The notes beneath the pieces are model-generated. The model made no database searches, was not told the origin of the DNA, and saw nothing but the letters and a program-made list of their open reading frames with translations. DNA of 64,000 nucleotides. Source: Gracilinanus agilis (Eukaryota). A program made the translations under genes and the position numbers. Positions 20,886-34,011 of this stretch are shown piece after piece (within the stretch, counting starts at the first letter, position 1; the number at the start of each line of letters is the position of its first letter). The DNA lies in assembly GCF_016433145.1 (NCBI RefSeq), contig NC_058130.1, positions 712,152,360 to 712,216,359 on the forward strand. Direction: 5' to 3'.

Positions 20886-21858
20886 GAACTTTTTAAGTAC
20901 TGGAGAAGGATGTCTCTGGAAGACTGTCTTATGAATCAGTGTTTGGCTCTGTGACAGTCAGGATTTTGATCAATGATCTGGGGAGAAAGGCAAAGATGAT
21001 AGATACATTCTTATTAAATATATAGATGACAACATAAAGCTAGGCTAGATTGTAAGTACACTCGATGATGGATTCAGAATCCAAAAAGATCTTGACAAGA
21101 TGGAAAATTAGACTGACCCAAATGAGATTAAGCTTAATAGGGATAAATGGGCACAAAATAAAAACCAGGTGTACAAGTAACAGAAAGAAAGATTATTCAT
21201 AAGCTGGAGTTCATCCAAAGGAGAGCCACTAGAAGAATCAAGTACCTTGAATATCAAGATCGTCTGAAGGTAGGGATGTTCAGCCTAGAGAAGAGAAGTG
21301 GGGCTAGGGGGCAGGGCCAGGGGCAAGGAAGACACATAATGGTTGTCTGAAATATATGTAAGGTCTCACTGAGAAGAGAAATGAAATTTCTTTCACTTGG
21401 TCTAAGGAGGCAGTACTAGAAGCTATGGGTGGAAGTTGTAGAGATAAATTTAAATTTAATATAAAGAAAGGTTCCTGACTATGAGTTATTCAAAAGTAAA
21501 AGGAATGGAGTAGTGGGTTGCTCTTTGGTGGAAGTCTTCAAGAAAAAAACCGAATGACCATTTGCTGGTATGTTGTAGTAGATTCTTTTTCAGTTATCAT
21601 TTGGACTAGATGGCTGCTGGGGCTCCTTCCAATTCTGAAATTTTGGGTTTCTGTGACCTTGGCAACCAGCTTTTCCATGTTCCAATATCGAGTTGGGGGT
21701 GGGGGGAGGCCCGCCAGTACAGTCCTCAGCTTCTGACCCTCCCTTCAACCTACTGTTAGAGGCCTACCATCTAGTCTCAGCACCTCTTTCCTGTTACAAT
21801 TCCATTCAACCTACTTTGTCTTCCCTCTAGGCCAAGATCCCACTCTTGGCAGCCATAC

Positions 21859-22146
21859 CTCAGCAGGGGGCAGGTGGAAGGCCTCAGCAATCTTGCCATA
21901 CAATTCCTTCACATTTGTGAAGCCTTCAATTCGACCAGTAGGGCTTCCATGGGCCAGCTGGGTGTGGAACACCAGTCGGGGCCGAAGAGATGGGGGTGGG
22001 GGAGGTAGGCCCACGTGGGGCCCCCCTCCCCCACCCCCACCTAGTGGCCCTGACTCCCCCACACCCAGCCCACCCCGTCCAGGTTCTGCCTCCTCATTTT
22101 CCACCAAGGGTGGTGCCTTCTTTCTCCGGCCAAGTCCCAGAGGCAT
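21859..22146 (-). CDS. GIPC1: GIPC1 coding exon 1
   Basis: ATG at 22146, [26 protein letters not shown]...[37 protein letters not shown]. Donor GAG|gtatgg, acceptor at 22180-22181. The six exons sum to 1002 nt (333 aa + stop). Confidence 0.97.
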
Positions 22147-23664
22147 GGGAGATGATGGAGGGGGGTGCTCCCAGGAGATCTGTGGATGGCAAAAAGGTAG
22201 AATGTTTAGGGTATCCTTTCAAGTCCAACTAAAGACCAGATAGGTCAACGTTGTAGAATAGGCCATGGGTTCAGAGTTGAGAACTAGTTTTGAACCCATT
22301 CTGCTGCTTATTCCCTTTGTGACCTCAAATAGGCATTGTCACAACTCTTTGAACTTTACTTTCCTGGTCTATAAAAGGAAGAGGTGGAGCTCCAAGGTCT
22401 CTAGTATCTCTTTCAGTTCCCAGGTTATGATCTTAAGAGTCCTCTGTTCCAAGATTCCTGTGGCTACAAGTGACACTGAGGACCAGGGGCCTTAGGATCT
22501 TCCCTCTTCCTCTGACCTATTGATCACAAGGGATGTTTCCAATGTTCCAGCCAAAATAGATGCCTCTGCCCCCACTTTTCACCTTGTCCTGCCCTTCCTT
22601 TAGGCACCTACTCACATTATCCCTCATGAGAGCCCAATTCCATGTATTGAAATTGCTCTCTTCATGGCCTTGCCACTAAAGCTGCTCCCTGCATAAAGCC
22701 TTGACTGATTCCCCAAGCTGAAAGTGATTTCAATGAACTCATATTTCTCCTAATTCCTATTTCTCATATTTCCTCTTTCCCTGGGGCCCCCATGCTCAAA
22801 ATAATGCTCTCTTTCCTATCACAATTATTTATGTGCTTTTTAATCACCTATGAGGGAGTGTAGTAGAATGAGTGCTTGAAATTGCAGGATGTGGGTTTGA
22901 ATCTCAAGTCTAACACTTACTACCTGTGAGATCTTGGATAACATACCCAGGAAGACTATCCTCCAATTCTCTGAGGCTAGATGACCCAGGGTCCCTTCTG
23001 GCTCTAAATCTCCAATCTCAGGATGACAAGTTGCTGACGCCAAGCTCTGTGTCATATTTGTCTTTGTATGTACAGAGATTTGTACACAGTAGGAACTTAA
23101 TGTTGATTCCTTTAATGGATGCTTTAAAATAAATGAAGATGGTTCAATTCAATTCAGCAAATATATTAAGCGTCAATTTTGTGCTGATACCATATTAGGT
23201 GCTGGGGGAGATGCAAAATTTCAATTGGACCTGGCCCTTGCTCTTGTGCTGTTTTGGGGAGTTAAAGCACAAAGATTAAAGTATGATACACAATTAACAT
23301 GCATGTGCCAAAGTAAATAAGAGATATGGAAAAACCAAAAAGGGTACCATGGGAGGTCCAAGAAAGGTTATTTTAGGGATCAGGGAAGATGTAACACTTG
23401 GGCTAGGCTTGAATAGGCTGTTAGAATGTAACAGGTGAAGTGGGGGAAGCAGAGGATTCTAAGGTAGGAAGAATGGAAAGGAAAAAGTATTTTTATAGTG
23501 TCTATTATGGGCTAGGGGTTCCTGGAAGGGAGTGGCATAAGGCTGGAAAGGTAAAGAGGTACTAGAATCTACATTATACCTTTCCTGGTATTTTCTATAC
23601 CTGGCACAGTACCTTCTAACATGTACTTGATAAATGTTTGAATTGAACTGAAATGAAATGATTC

Positions 23665-23716
23665 TTCATTCATTCATTCATTCATTCATTCATTCATTCA
23701 TTCATTCATTCATTCA
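23665..23716. repeat. (TTCA)13 microsatellite
   Basis: 13 perfect TTCA units. Confidence 0.95.
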
Positions 23717-23967
23717 TCTATCTATCCATTACTGAGATCCTGATGCTTGGCACTGATGGGGAGACATTGGAATCAGTACCAGTTATGGCCCTGAGGGAGC
23801 TCACTGTACACATGCCTCTTCTAACTTGTGAATTCTGAGGGTAGTATGAGCACCTGCAACTTCTTCAGTTTCCCTCCACCATGACTAGCACAGGGTCCAA
23901 CATCTCACAAATACTTAGTGATTCAATGATGTTCTGTCTTCTCAACTAGACTGTGAACTCTTTAAGG

Positions 23968-24133
23968 CAGGGGTCGGCAATATATGGCTCTTTCTGCAGG
24001 AGCCATAAAGTCGATTTTTTTTCAGGCGCTGTTACAGGAGCTGCACTGTGAGCACTGTACAGCTCTCACGAAATTACATTTTAAAAAATGTGGTGTTTAT
24101 GGCTCTCACGGCCAAAAAGGTTGCCGACCCCTG
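23968..24133. mobile_element. hAT MITE, family C (166 bp)
   Basis: Perfect 13-bp TIRs caggggtcggcaa / ttgccgacccctg and perfect 8-bp TSD ctttaagg. Inserted in an L2 3' end. Confidence 0.93.
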
Positions 24134-26249
24134 CTTTAAGGGCAGGCCCAGGGCCTTGTTCATCTTCCTCTTTATTCCCCAGTGCTGAATTTATGATATT
24201 GTATTCTGCCAGAACCTTCAGCCTAGACTCCTATGGCCCAGTGGGAATATCTCTCCCTCCTTCTTCTTCCCTCTCCAAACTTCCATATTTCTAAGTTCTT
24301 ATTTCCCTTTCTCCCAGGCAAAGGGAGTCTAGTGGTAAAGGGAGAGAAGGGAAAAAATATTCCAGATGTTCAGAGAAGAGCATGAATCTATTGGAAGAGA
24401 GAACTGGGTGGGAATACACTAAGGTTCTTTCTTGGGGATCCTGGGGGATTTAAGACAGTTGAGAGGCAAGAACTCCAGTTTCCCACCCTCTTAGCCCTAA
24501 GAAGACCCCAAAACTCCATGAAACTTGATTTTTACTGTTTGTGTGCCTATGTAACATCTCTTCATCTTATATGAGTCTCAGTTTTCTCATCTGTAAAATA
24601 GTTTTAATAATACCCTCCCACCTCACATGTAAGAAAAGGTAACACTATGTAAACCTTAAAGTATGACAAAATGCAAGTTAGAGAGAAAAGGATTGGGGCA
24701 GGATGGTTTCTGTAAGCTACTAAGCAAGGGGCTAGAGACAAGGGAAGAGAATATTCTGCTCTGGCTCCCCATTTCATCTGGGGCGTTGTTCTGGATGGAA
24801 TGAGGGCGGGCCAGGCAGCGCTGATTCAGCCAGACAAACCAAACCGGCTACTGGGTGTTTCCTGGGGAGAAAATGCTGGCTAGGTGCCTGCCCTACTCAG
24901 CAGAGATGAGACCCAAGTATTTTCAGGGTCCCCCTACCTCTTAAATGTAAGCTGTTCTCCCAAGACCTAGGATACTAGGACATCCATGAAACTAGCTCAC
25001 CCCACTCAGGGTCAGGGTTTAGTTAATACTAAGTCCCATTTCTACAGTGTTTCAAGTTGACAAAGCATTTCCCTTCAAACAACCTTGAGGTAGTGCAATT
25101 AGTATTACACCCATTTTATAAATGAAGAAACTAAAGCCCAGAGAAGGAAAGTAACTACTTTGCACAACTCATAAAGAGCAGAGCTGGTTTTCAAATGCAA
25201 TTCTGAATCCAAGGCCTGTCCAAATATTCTAAATATGGCCTTTGAGGTGGGCTGAGGGGTAGGGAAATCACAATGGATCCCTTCTCTGGAAACCAGTGCC
25301 CAGCAAGCTCCCTAAAACAAAAGATTAGGTGGAGATGGTGAAACCTGTAGCAGGTGCCCAACCCACCCAGCAGGGACAATACGAATATGAGAAAACTACA
25401 GGTCTGAGTCACAGGGGGCAGTCTCAGGAACTCCAAAAGGAGGGGTTGGGCTACCACAGCCACACCTCTCTACCCTGGTTTGGGGATACTTTCTCCTTCA
25501 TAAATACTCCAAAGCAGCTAGTTCTGAGAGGAAAGTCTGAAAATGAGAACATAATTCTTGTTCCCTGCATCATTAGCCTAGGAAAGAAACTCCACATTTA
25601 AGGAAACTTAGTGGGGGGAGGGAAGGGAGGAGAAGGAAGACTGGATATGGGGGTTCCTTTCCTGGTAGCCTAGCATTGTCTCTTTGATCCATACCCTACA
25701 GGCCTGTAAAGTAAGCCTGAAACTCGAGGCTGAAGGTCCCATCATCCCGGCCACAGTCCGGGGCTCCAGACCTCCTCCCCTCAGGGTCTTTTGGGACCTC
25801 CACTCCTCGAACTAGTCCCCACAACCAGGGTTCCAAGCTCAGTCACCCTTGGATGCACGATCTTTGGGAGAGTGTTCCTCGATGCTCTCTAGGCCCAGGG
25901 CCCTTTGTGTCCATTCCCACAGTGTGTCTGCACTCCACGTTGGGACAAGCCCCTTGGCCCCACACGATCCATCCCTTCCAGGGAATCCCTGGGGGTCATG
26001 GTCACACCAAGTGCACACTCCTCATGCCGGCTGTGCCCTGTAGCCCGGCTCGTCCAGCGCTCAGCGAACTAGATCCCCACCCCCCTACGCTTCTGTGTCC
26101 GTGGGCCTGTACCCACTCAAGTCTTCTCTAGTTCCGTGTCCCACTGTGCTAGGGTCAATCTGGGATCCCACTTCATTGGTACCTGTGTCCTGCCCTGACC
26201 AGCCCCCTCCTCACGTCTCCTCCCTGAATCCCCTAGTGTCTGTGTCCTC

Positions 26250-26700
26250 GAATCCATGTCTCGGGACCTACTGCTGCCCCGGCCCCTCGAGTACCCCGCG
26301 TGTCTGAGACTCCTGGACCCCGACGCCTACCACCCTCGTGAGTATCTGTGAGTGTCCCTGTCCACGGAAGTCCGGGAGCCGCAGCCGCACCCGACCCCCC
26401 ATACGCCCGGATCTGGCCCCCAGGGGGCACTCACCTAGAGCCGCCGCCTCCGCGAGAGGATAGTCCCTCCGAGAACTCCAGCCGGCCGCTACCGGGGCCT
26501 CTCTCCCACAGAGGCGCCCAGGAAACAGGGCGGGGCTGATTCCAGAGACAGGCCAATCGCTGGTCACATCTCGAACCTCTGGCCCAATCAACGCTATTAC
26601 AGAGGCGGGGTGGGGTCGGCGGACACATTCCAGAGGGATCCCTCCGCCTAGTCCTGCCTCTTCTTCACCCACCCCACCCCGCATTCCCCCGCTCCCTGTG
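26250..26700 (-). promoter_or_regulatory. GIPC1: GIPC1 CpG-island promoter and non-coding exon 1 (donor at 26434)
   Basis: CpG-dense. Donor ctag|gtgagt ends the exon at 26435. GC box at 26528-26535, CCAAT boxes at 26553 and 26584, no TATA. Confidence 0.75.
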
Positions 26701-28090
26701 ATAGTGGATCAGCCCTACCCGCCCAAAGAACGATGGACTGTACCACTTAAAAGGATGTCTGGGGGAAGGATTGTAAATCTCGAGAACAGAGCCTTAAAAC
26801 TCTGGACCAATCATAAGAACGGGAAGGAGGCATGCCACCAATTAGATCGTGGGGACGCAGAACCACGTGCTGCAACCTGGATGTCCGTCAAAAGGGTTTG
26901 TGGGGGGCTGGTATCCCGAAGATGGGAATGGGGTGATTGAGGGTGGAGATGAGGGTGCAGATCCAGGAAAGAGAAGAGAGCGTCAGGACAGGAATAGCCG
27001 GGGGTCCACATCAGTGGCCCTACGTGGCGCTTTAATATAACGACACCTTACATTTCGTAGCACCATAACTTTTGCGGCTGACCTAGCAAACGTCAGGATT
27101 CCCATTTTGTAGCTAAAGAAACTGATTCCGGAGAGGTGAAAAAGACATTTGACGAAAGTGGCACAACTGGTTAATATCAGAGATAAGACTGTGATGTTAC
27201 TATAGGGAACTCCTAGGTGAGTAAAACCCGTCTATTTTTGCAGGTCTGCACTTAAAGAGTATGAAGAAACTTGGGGGAAAGGAGGTCCACGGGAGAGAGC
27301 ACACGGAGAGTTGCCTAGTCACCCAGCTAGTATGTTACCACGGTGCTTTCTTGCAACCCTTAAATCACTAAATTCTGGTTACTATTATTTTGTTTCCAAG
27401 GTTAGCACTCTTTCCACTACACCATGACGTGTTTTTCTAAAATAATATCCTCACACTTTTCTGCCTAGAGTAAGGAAGATCTAAATTCAAATGTGGCCTC
27501 AGACACTAGCAGTGTGATCCTGGGCAAGTCACCTAAAAAATAATAAATCTGCATCTGCCTCAGTTTCCCAAACAATAGAATGCAGATCAAAATAGCAACT
27601 ACTTTACCGGGTTGTTGGGAGGACAAAGAAGGTAATATTTGTGAATCACTTAGCATAGTGCCTGGCGTCTAGTAGGTGTTTAATAAGTGCTGGTTCCATT
27701 CTGCTCTGCCTTTCTTTTACTGTTGCATCAATAGAAAATGGGAAGCATTGTTAAACAGATTCAATATCCCGCAAAACTCCTTCCCCTAAAAATCCCAATA
27801 GAAAACACTGAATAAGAGTTTTAAAGTGTAAAACTCCTGGGGAAATGAGATTTTATAACTCACTCCTGGACACCTGAAGGGCACAAAAGAGAAAACCAAA
27901 GATTTGGAATCATATGCTAGCTTTGGGTAAATCTCCTTTGAAACTTTCTTCCCTTGCAAAATGAGAGATTTGGATTAAATGATCTCTAATGTTTCTTCTG
28001 GTTCCCAAAGAATTCTATGACCTATTTTAGAGACCTAGAAGATAACCTCTTGAGACCTAGGTGGGAAAGGAGTGAGCAAAAATATTAATG

Positions 28091-28110
28091 GGCATTCTGG
28101 GAACTGTAGT
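28091..28110 (-). promoter_or_regulatory. ZNF143-type composite motif ACTACAGTTCCCAGAATGCC
   Basis: Matches ACTAYRnnnCCCR plus the SBS core TTCCCAGAATGC. A partial inverted partner lies at 28195-28207. Confidence 0.55.
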
Positions 28111-28990
28111 TCTCTCTATTGTACAGCAGCTTGCCCCAGGAAACCAACAGTGTGGGTGTTGTTTATTCCCTTTTCCCTAAAATAGAATTAATTCCTACAG
28201 TTCCCAGGGAGGTGGGTAATACAGGAAGTTGCTCCCAGATCAAGTTGCTAGGAACAGAGTGATTACTGAGGGATCTGTGGATTATAGCTAGCAAATGGAT
28301 CAAAGTAGGGCTAAAAACCAGAAAAGAAAAGGCAGCACTCCCTTAGGGCAAACAGATCAATCTGGTGTATCAGGAAGTCTGGTACAATGCTGTTATTGTC
28401 CTTTTTCCCTGCTGGAGGGGCCAGAGGTGGTGGGGTGGGATGTAAGCCTCAGCCATCCCACTAGGGTGACTGGTTGTCATAGTGTATGCCAAACTATACC
28501 CTGGGGAAGTGAACTCTAAGGAGGCTCCCAAAGCCCCCAAATTGTCTCACCAAAGCAACATTTACAGGATTTAGAACTGGAAGGAACCAAAGAGATCACT
28601 GAGACTCTCATTTTACAAAAAAGAGGAAACTCAGGTTGAGAGAAAAGAGACTTACCCAGGTCAGGCAGCTAGTAAGAAGAGCTAGAATTCATTCCAGGCC
28701 TAATTGATTCTAAATTCAGGGTTCTTTCCCATATTCCCCAACTGGGTTTGGAAGGGAAGGAGGCAGAAGGCGGGATAATAGGGACAACATCAAGAGCCAC
28801 CTGTTCCTAGGAGCTGAAACAGTCGCCAGGCAATAAATAGGGAGCAGTCAGAAAGAACTCTGGAATTAGAGTCAGAGGCACATCTATTAGCTGTGGGATT
28901 TTGGACAACTTGCTCATCTCTGAGTTTTTGCTGTAAAATGTAGATCTAAAACCCATTCCTGTACCACATTTACTATCCTGTGACCTAGTC

Positions 28991-29220
28991 CAGTGATGGC
29001 AAACCTTTTAGAAGACCAAGAGGCCAAATGGCAAACTGTGTAGAGAGAGGGAGAGGAGCAGCCTGGCCCCGCATTCCTCTGACTTTTTAGTAATGAACTC
29101 TGGCTAACTCTGTGCTTGAGTGAGGAGTGGGTGGGCAACCCACAGAGAGGCCTCTCCTCTGAATGCACACGCTAGAGCACGTGCCCCTCCCCCCCCCTCC
29201 ATATAGGTTCACCAACATGG
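28991..29220. mobile_element. hAT MITE, family D copy 1
   Basis: Ends cagtgatggcaaacct / aggttcaccaacatgg with perfect 8-bp TSD acctagtc. Related to 53670-53873. Confidence 0.88.
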
Positions 29221-32200
29221 ACCTAGTCCAACCATGTCATTTTATAGAATAAACCCAAGAGATTAAGTTAACACACCTGAGATTCATACCCAGCTCCCCC
29301 CCCCCTTTTCCTGACTATAAATCCAGGGTGTTTTTGTTTTGTTAGATAACCTCTAAAGTTATCTAAGGTTCTGGTCCTAAATTCCATCATTTTATGACAA
29401 CTAGATATGCAGCTTAAAAGTGATACAACTGTATCACCCCAGGGAGAGGCAAGGAGGAACCGTAAGGGTTGAGGAAATGAGTAAATAAACTCATCTGGAA
29501 GGGAGAGAATAAAGAAAATCAAAGGGGGTGAAGGCTGGGAAGGGGCCTACAGCTCAGGATAGGATACTAGGAGTTAGAGCTGGAAGACATCATCACCAAC
29601 CCTCTTGTTTTACCAGTGAGGAAACTGAGATCTGAGAGTAGAAGTAACTGGCTCAGATCAAGTCAATCCACCACCCCTCCAAGTACATTTTCCCACTACC
29701 CCAGGATGCAGTTTGTTGATGCGCCTGAATGAACTTCATTGCTCATGCTAACCTTTGTGAGCTTGGAGCAGCCTCTAGCTCACCCAACCAGCCTAACAGG
29801 ATCAGGTTGGGCAAGGGTACTGCCGGGAAAGGAAATCTGAGGCGGAAAGGCCGGAAGCAGAGGCAGGGATTCAGGACAGATTCTTTTCCTGGTCAAAAAG
29901 ACTGTCTCCAAAGCCAAAGGGGTGCCTCGCAAATGTCAGGAAGCAAGCAGAGATTGCCTGTAAGCTCAATTGGGGGTGGGCGTTTCATATAGCCTTTGGT
30001 AATACATAGGTGAAAAACCTCACTTAGAATCAGTTAGGCTGACTTAGTCTGACATTGTGGATCAGTGGGAAAAGCCCTGGATTCAGCTCTAGAAGATTTG
30101 GTTTCAGATTTCACTTGACATTTTTACCTATGTGACTCTAAGCAAATCCCTAATCTCTCTGGACCTTAGTTTACACATCTATAAGGTAAGGGGGAAGTTA
30201 GACTAGATCAGTCAATCAACTAGAACTTATTAGGAATTTACTGTGTACCAGGTCCTGTGCTGAGCTATTGGGGCTATGAAGAAAGGCATAAGAAGTCCCT
30301 GCTCTGAAGGAGCAATAGGGGAGACTGCATGTAAATAATTAGGTATATACCAGTACATACAGAATAGATACAAGAAATGATCATGAGGATGGCTATGTGA
30401 ACAAGTGAGGGGGCAAAAGAGGCAGGAAAGGCCCCCTTTAGCAGGTTGTTGTTTTTTTAATATATATTTGAGTTATCTTAAAGCTAAGGATCTAAGAGGT
30501 GTAGAGAGGGGGAAGTGGTCAGGAAGGCAAGAATTCCAGGGATTAAGGATAGCCAATGCAATCTCAGGATCAGGAGTCCTGTGTTCAAGGTCCAGAGAGT
30601 AGGCCAGGATGGCTGGATTGTAGGGAGATAAGAGGGAAGCAAAGACTAGAAATGTAAATTTGGAAATTTCAAATTCCAGCTTTAAATACTAGAACAAGAT
30701 GGCCTTAGTTTGTTTCTAGGGCCCCTTCTAGCACCAAATCTATGATCTTATATTGTATAATGAAGAGAATAATGAATTGACAAGCAGGAGATTGAGGCTC
30801 AAATTTCAGTTCTGCTGCTTCCTACTTGTGTGACCTTAATCAGTTCAAATTATAATTCTGTGAGTTGCAATTTCCATTTATAAAGTGAGGGAACTGGCCC
30901 TTTTTAGCAATAAATTCTTCCATCCTCTGTCATGGGCAAGTCACTTTTCCTCTGATCTGGTTTCCCTCTCTCTTCAAATGAGGGCACTTTCCTAGATGTA
31001 TGGGAAGCACTGTTTAGTATGGATAGAATCCTGAAGGAAGAACTGGGTTCAAATTCCCCCTCAGAAATTTAGCCCTGTTTTATTCCTAACCCAACCCCTA
31101 ATCTCTTTGTTAGTGTTTCATCTCTAAAATGAGGGTGATTGCACCTGTTTCACAGGGTTGGTGAGAGGCTCAAATGAACTAATGTTGGAAAGTGTTTTGC
31201 AAAACTTTAAAGCACTCTAGGTGCCTGAGCTGTTATTATTAGAAGTTGTAGGAAGGTGCCTTCCAGCTGACATTCTATGATTCTGGCCCAGTCTCTGTAG
31301 GAGGTTATCCAGTATGCATGCAAATCCAGGAGCAAGGATGGTGAGAGGGAGTGCCTAGGATCATGAAGGCTGCCTCTGGCAAAACCTTTCTCTAGCTGGT
31401 GAATCACTGCCAGAGGCCAGGCAAGGAAGAGAGCTCTCTAAGCTGTTGGTTCCCAGGCCAGATCACTAGGGGCACAGAGAGGTTAGCTTTAAATCCCAAA
31501 GCTCAGCAGAAAAGGGCATTATCACCCGTAGCTGACAGCATAGTCTCTGAATTCCTTTCAAAGTCAATCTCCAACCTTATTCCACACGAGTGCCAGCTTC
31601 CTTCCTCTCTAAAAACTGTCTATGACTCTTAACCTGGCTCTTGTCCTAGATGATTTCCTACTAAGCCCTGGAATGAGTTCTCTACCAAGTCCCTTCTTGA
31701 ACAGGAATCATGGAGGCACAGAGAGGGGAACCCGTTGGTATCAATGAAACCAAAGCAGCAATAAGATCTAGAGCTGAAAGGACACTGAAATCACCAATTC
31801 CAACTCCCCTATGCATAGTAAGGCCTGCACAAGATTATGAATTGTTCAAAATTGTACCAAGGAGCAGAGCTGGGTTTCAAGCCTATATCTAGGTTGTTGT
31901 TTAGTCGTTTTCAATCATATCCAACTCTTTGTGACCCCATTTTGGGCAGCTGGGAATGTGGCTTTGATTCCAAGCTCAGAATTCAGATGGAATAGAGGGA
32001 ACTCTGGACTTAAAGTGAGAGACATGGGTTTGAATCCTTACAAACATTACCTGCATCTCACAGGGCTGGATGAGAGTTGTATTTTGGAAACATTAACAGT
32101 AGGGCCTCAAAGCTGGATGTAATAGTACAGCATACTAGAAAAAGCATGTATCCTGGAGTAGGAAGAGAAATGGATTCCAATGTTACTTCTGGAGCATCTA

Positions 32201-32435
32201 GTGGTATAACCACAGGCTGGTAGCTTTATCCTTCCCAATTTGTTTTCTCATCTGAAAACGAATTTGGTATTGTCTACCTTAGAGGTCTGTCATAAGTGCT
32301 CAAGGGGGTGAATGCATGAAAAGTCCTCTGCCAACCATGTAAATGGCAATCCTATAGCTTTCAAGGACTGCCAAGTGCTTTATGAATATTATTTCCTGTG
32401 ACCCCCGAGTAAGATACAGTGGTGAGGCCTTGGCA

Positions 32436-32630
32436 TTTTCTTTTTTTAAACCCTTACCTTCTGTCTTAGAATTAATAGTATTGATAGTGTTGGTTCCAAG
32501 ACAGAAGAGCAGCAAGGGATAGATAATTGGGGTTAAGTAACTTGCCTTGAGTCACACAGCTAGGGAATGTCTTGAGGCCAAACTTGAATTCAGGACCTCC
32601 CCATCTCCAGGCCTGGCTTTCTATCCACAG
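32436..32630 (-). mobile_element. SINE1_Mdo-type SINE
   Basis: Poly-T, aaacccttaccttctgtcttag...ggggttaagtaacttgcc...ggcctggctttctatccac. Confidence 0.85.
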
Positions 32631-34005
32631 TTAGGAGTCACCGCACTGCCCTTACAAGCTCTTATTTTGCAGGACTTGCCTTGGGTCACACAACTGAAAG
32701 CTCAAGGAAGGACTTGAAATTTCACATCTCCCCTAAATTCAGCCTTCTTTCCGGTATGTCATGCTTCTCTATGAAAATCACCTCTCACCCTGCCAGACAA
32801 CTGAAAAGGTGATTGGAAAGGACCTCAGTATAAAAGGAAAAACAAAATCCCTTTCATTTTGCACCTCTCAACAGAATACAGCTGGAAGCCCTACCTAATC
32901 CAAACTCTTTGAATCTGTTATCCAATCTGTAGAATGAGGGGTTGGACTAAATGACTTTTCAAGATTACCGCTAGTTCTTTGCCATTAAACATAGCCCTTC
33001 CTTTTTTGTCTCACTCATTTCATATGGAGGTTGTTGGGAATGGTTTCTCCAGGGTTTAGTGTGAGAACTCCCTGGATAAGGGTTCCCTTGGGACTGAACT
33101 ATGCAGTAGTGTTTGTCTTTAGAAATGAGGGGGGCACTTTCCTTTTCAGTATGCCAGCTCTTTCATATAGACTTTTTTCATTTTCTGTATCCCCATGGTC
33201 ACAGTTCCATGTTGTTATACACAGTCCCAGTTACACAGTAGGTATGTAACAAATAAAATGCTTGTAATATTGATTGGAAGTCTTCAAGTAGAAAGTGGTT
33301 GACCATTTCTTAGTGCTATTATAGAAGAAATTACTGGTCAGCTCCAGGATTGTATTAGCTTATAGGTAGGGAACCAAAAGAAAAAAATTCTATCTTGGAT
33401 CAGTCCTAGATCAGGAAAACAGCAACTATTTACCATAGTTTCAGATGATAATAAAAACATTTACTTTAATAAGTTTTCTGATGAGTTACTCTGGGTAGAT
33501 TCCTCAGGTAAGACTAAGGGTACATGATGACATTAGAAAACTCAGGTAACTGTTGGTTCTCAATCTTGCACGATTTTTAATGTTTGATTGAACTGTATAC
33601 CTCGCTCCTAAGAGGATCATTGTAGAACTAGTTAGGTGGTTGTCAAAAATCCTCAGGAATTTCTGGTCATTTAAAAGGCCTCTGGTGGAGGACTAATTTT
33701 TCAGACCCCGAAGGAAAGTTCCTCTGACTCCTTCTTTTGAGTCCCTGGGTAGTAAACCAGCCCATACCACCCCCTCCAGGTCCCTCCCTCCAGATCTGGT
33801 ATACCCCGAAACAAAGTCGTGGGAAGGCTCTCCTGTGGTTTAGCATCAGTCTTTAATCCTGACGTACTGCACAATGACAAGTCATATGCTTTGGTCTCGT
33901 GTCTGCAGCAGCAACCTTACAATTAAATCTATAGGCCTGAGCACCAGACCCATTTCCAGGGAAGAGACAAAGTTGTTCCAAAAAAAACAACCCCAAAAAT
34001 TTCTT

Positions 34006-34011
34006 TTTAAT
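34006..34011 (-). terminator. DNAJB1: Candidate DNAJB1 poly(A) signal (ATTAAA)
   Basis: About 1.05 kb after the stop, followed by a GU/U-rich downstream element (tttttggggttgttttttt). Confidence 0.6.

Larger units (their letters stand above)
20125..21645 (+). mobile_element. L3/CR1 3' fragment in a GIPC1 intron, split by (TA)n and RTE
   Basis: CR1 blocks gttcatgctattcttgtggaaaagatgg, atagatgacaacataaagcta, tccaaaaagatcttgacaag and tail ccttccaattctgaaatt. Confidence 0.7.

Noticed and set aside
25690-25730. Possible 9- or 22-nt GIPC1 5' UTR micro-exon (tttacag|gcctgtagg|gtatgg)
   Set aside because: The splice signals are plausible but occur readily by chance, and there is no way to choose among them without RNA data.
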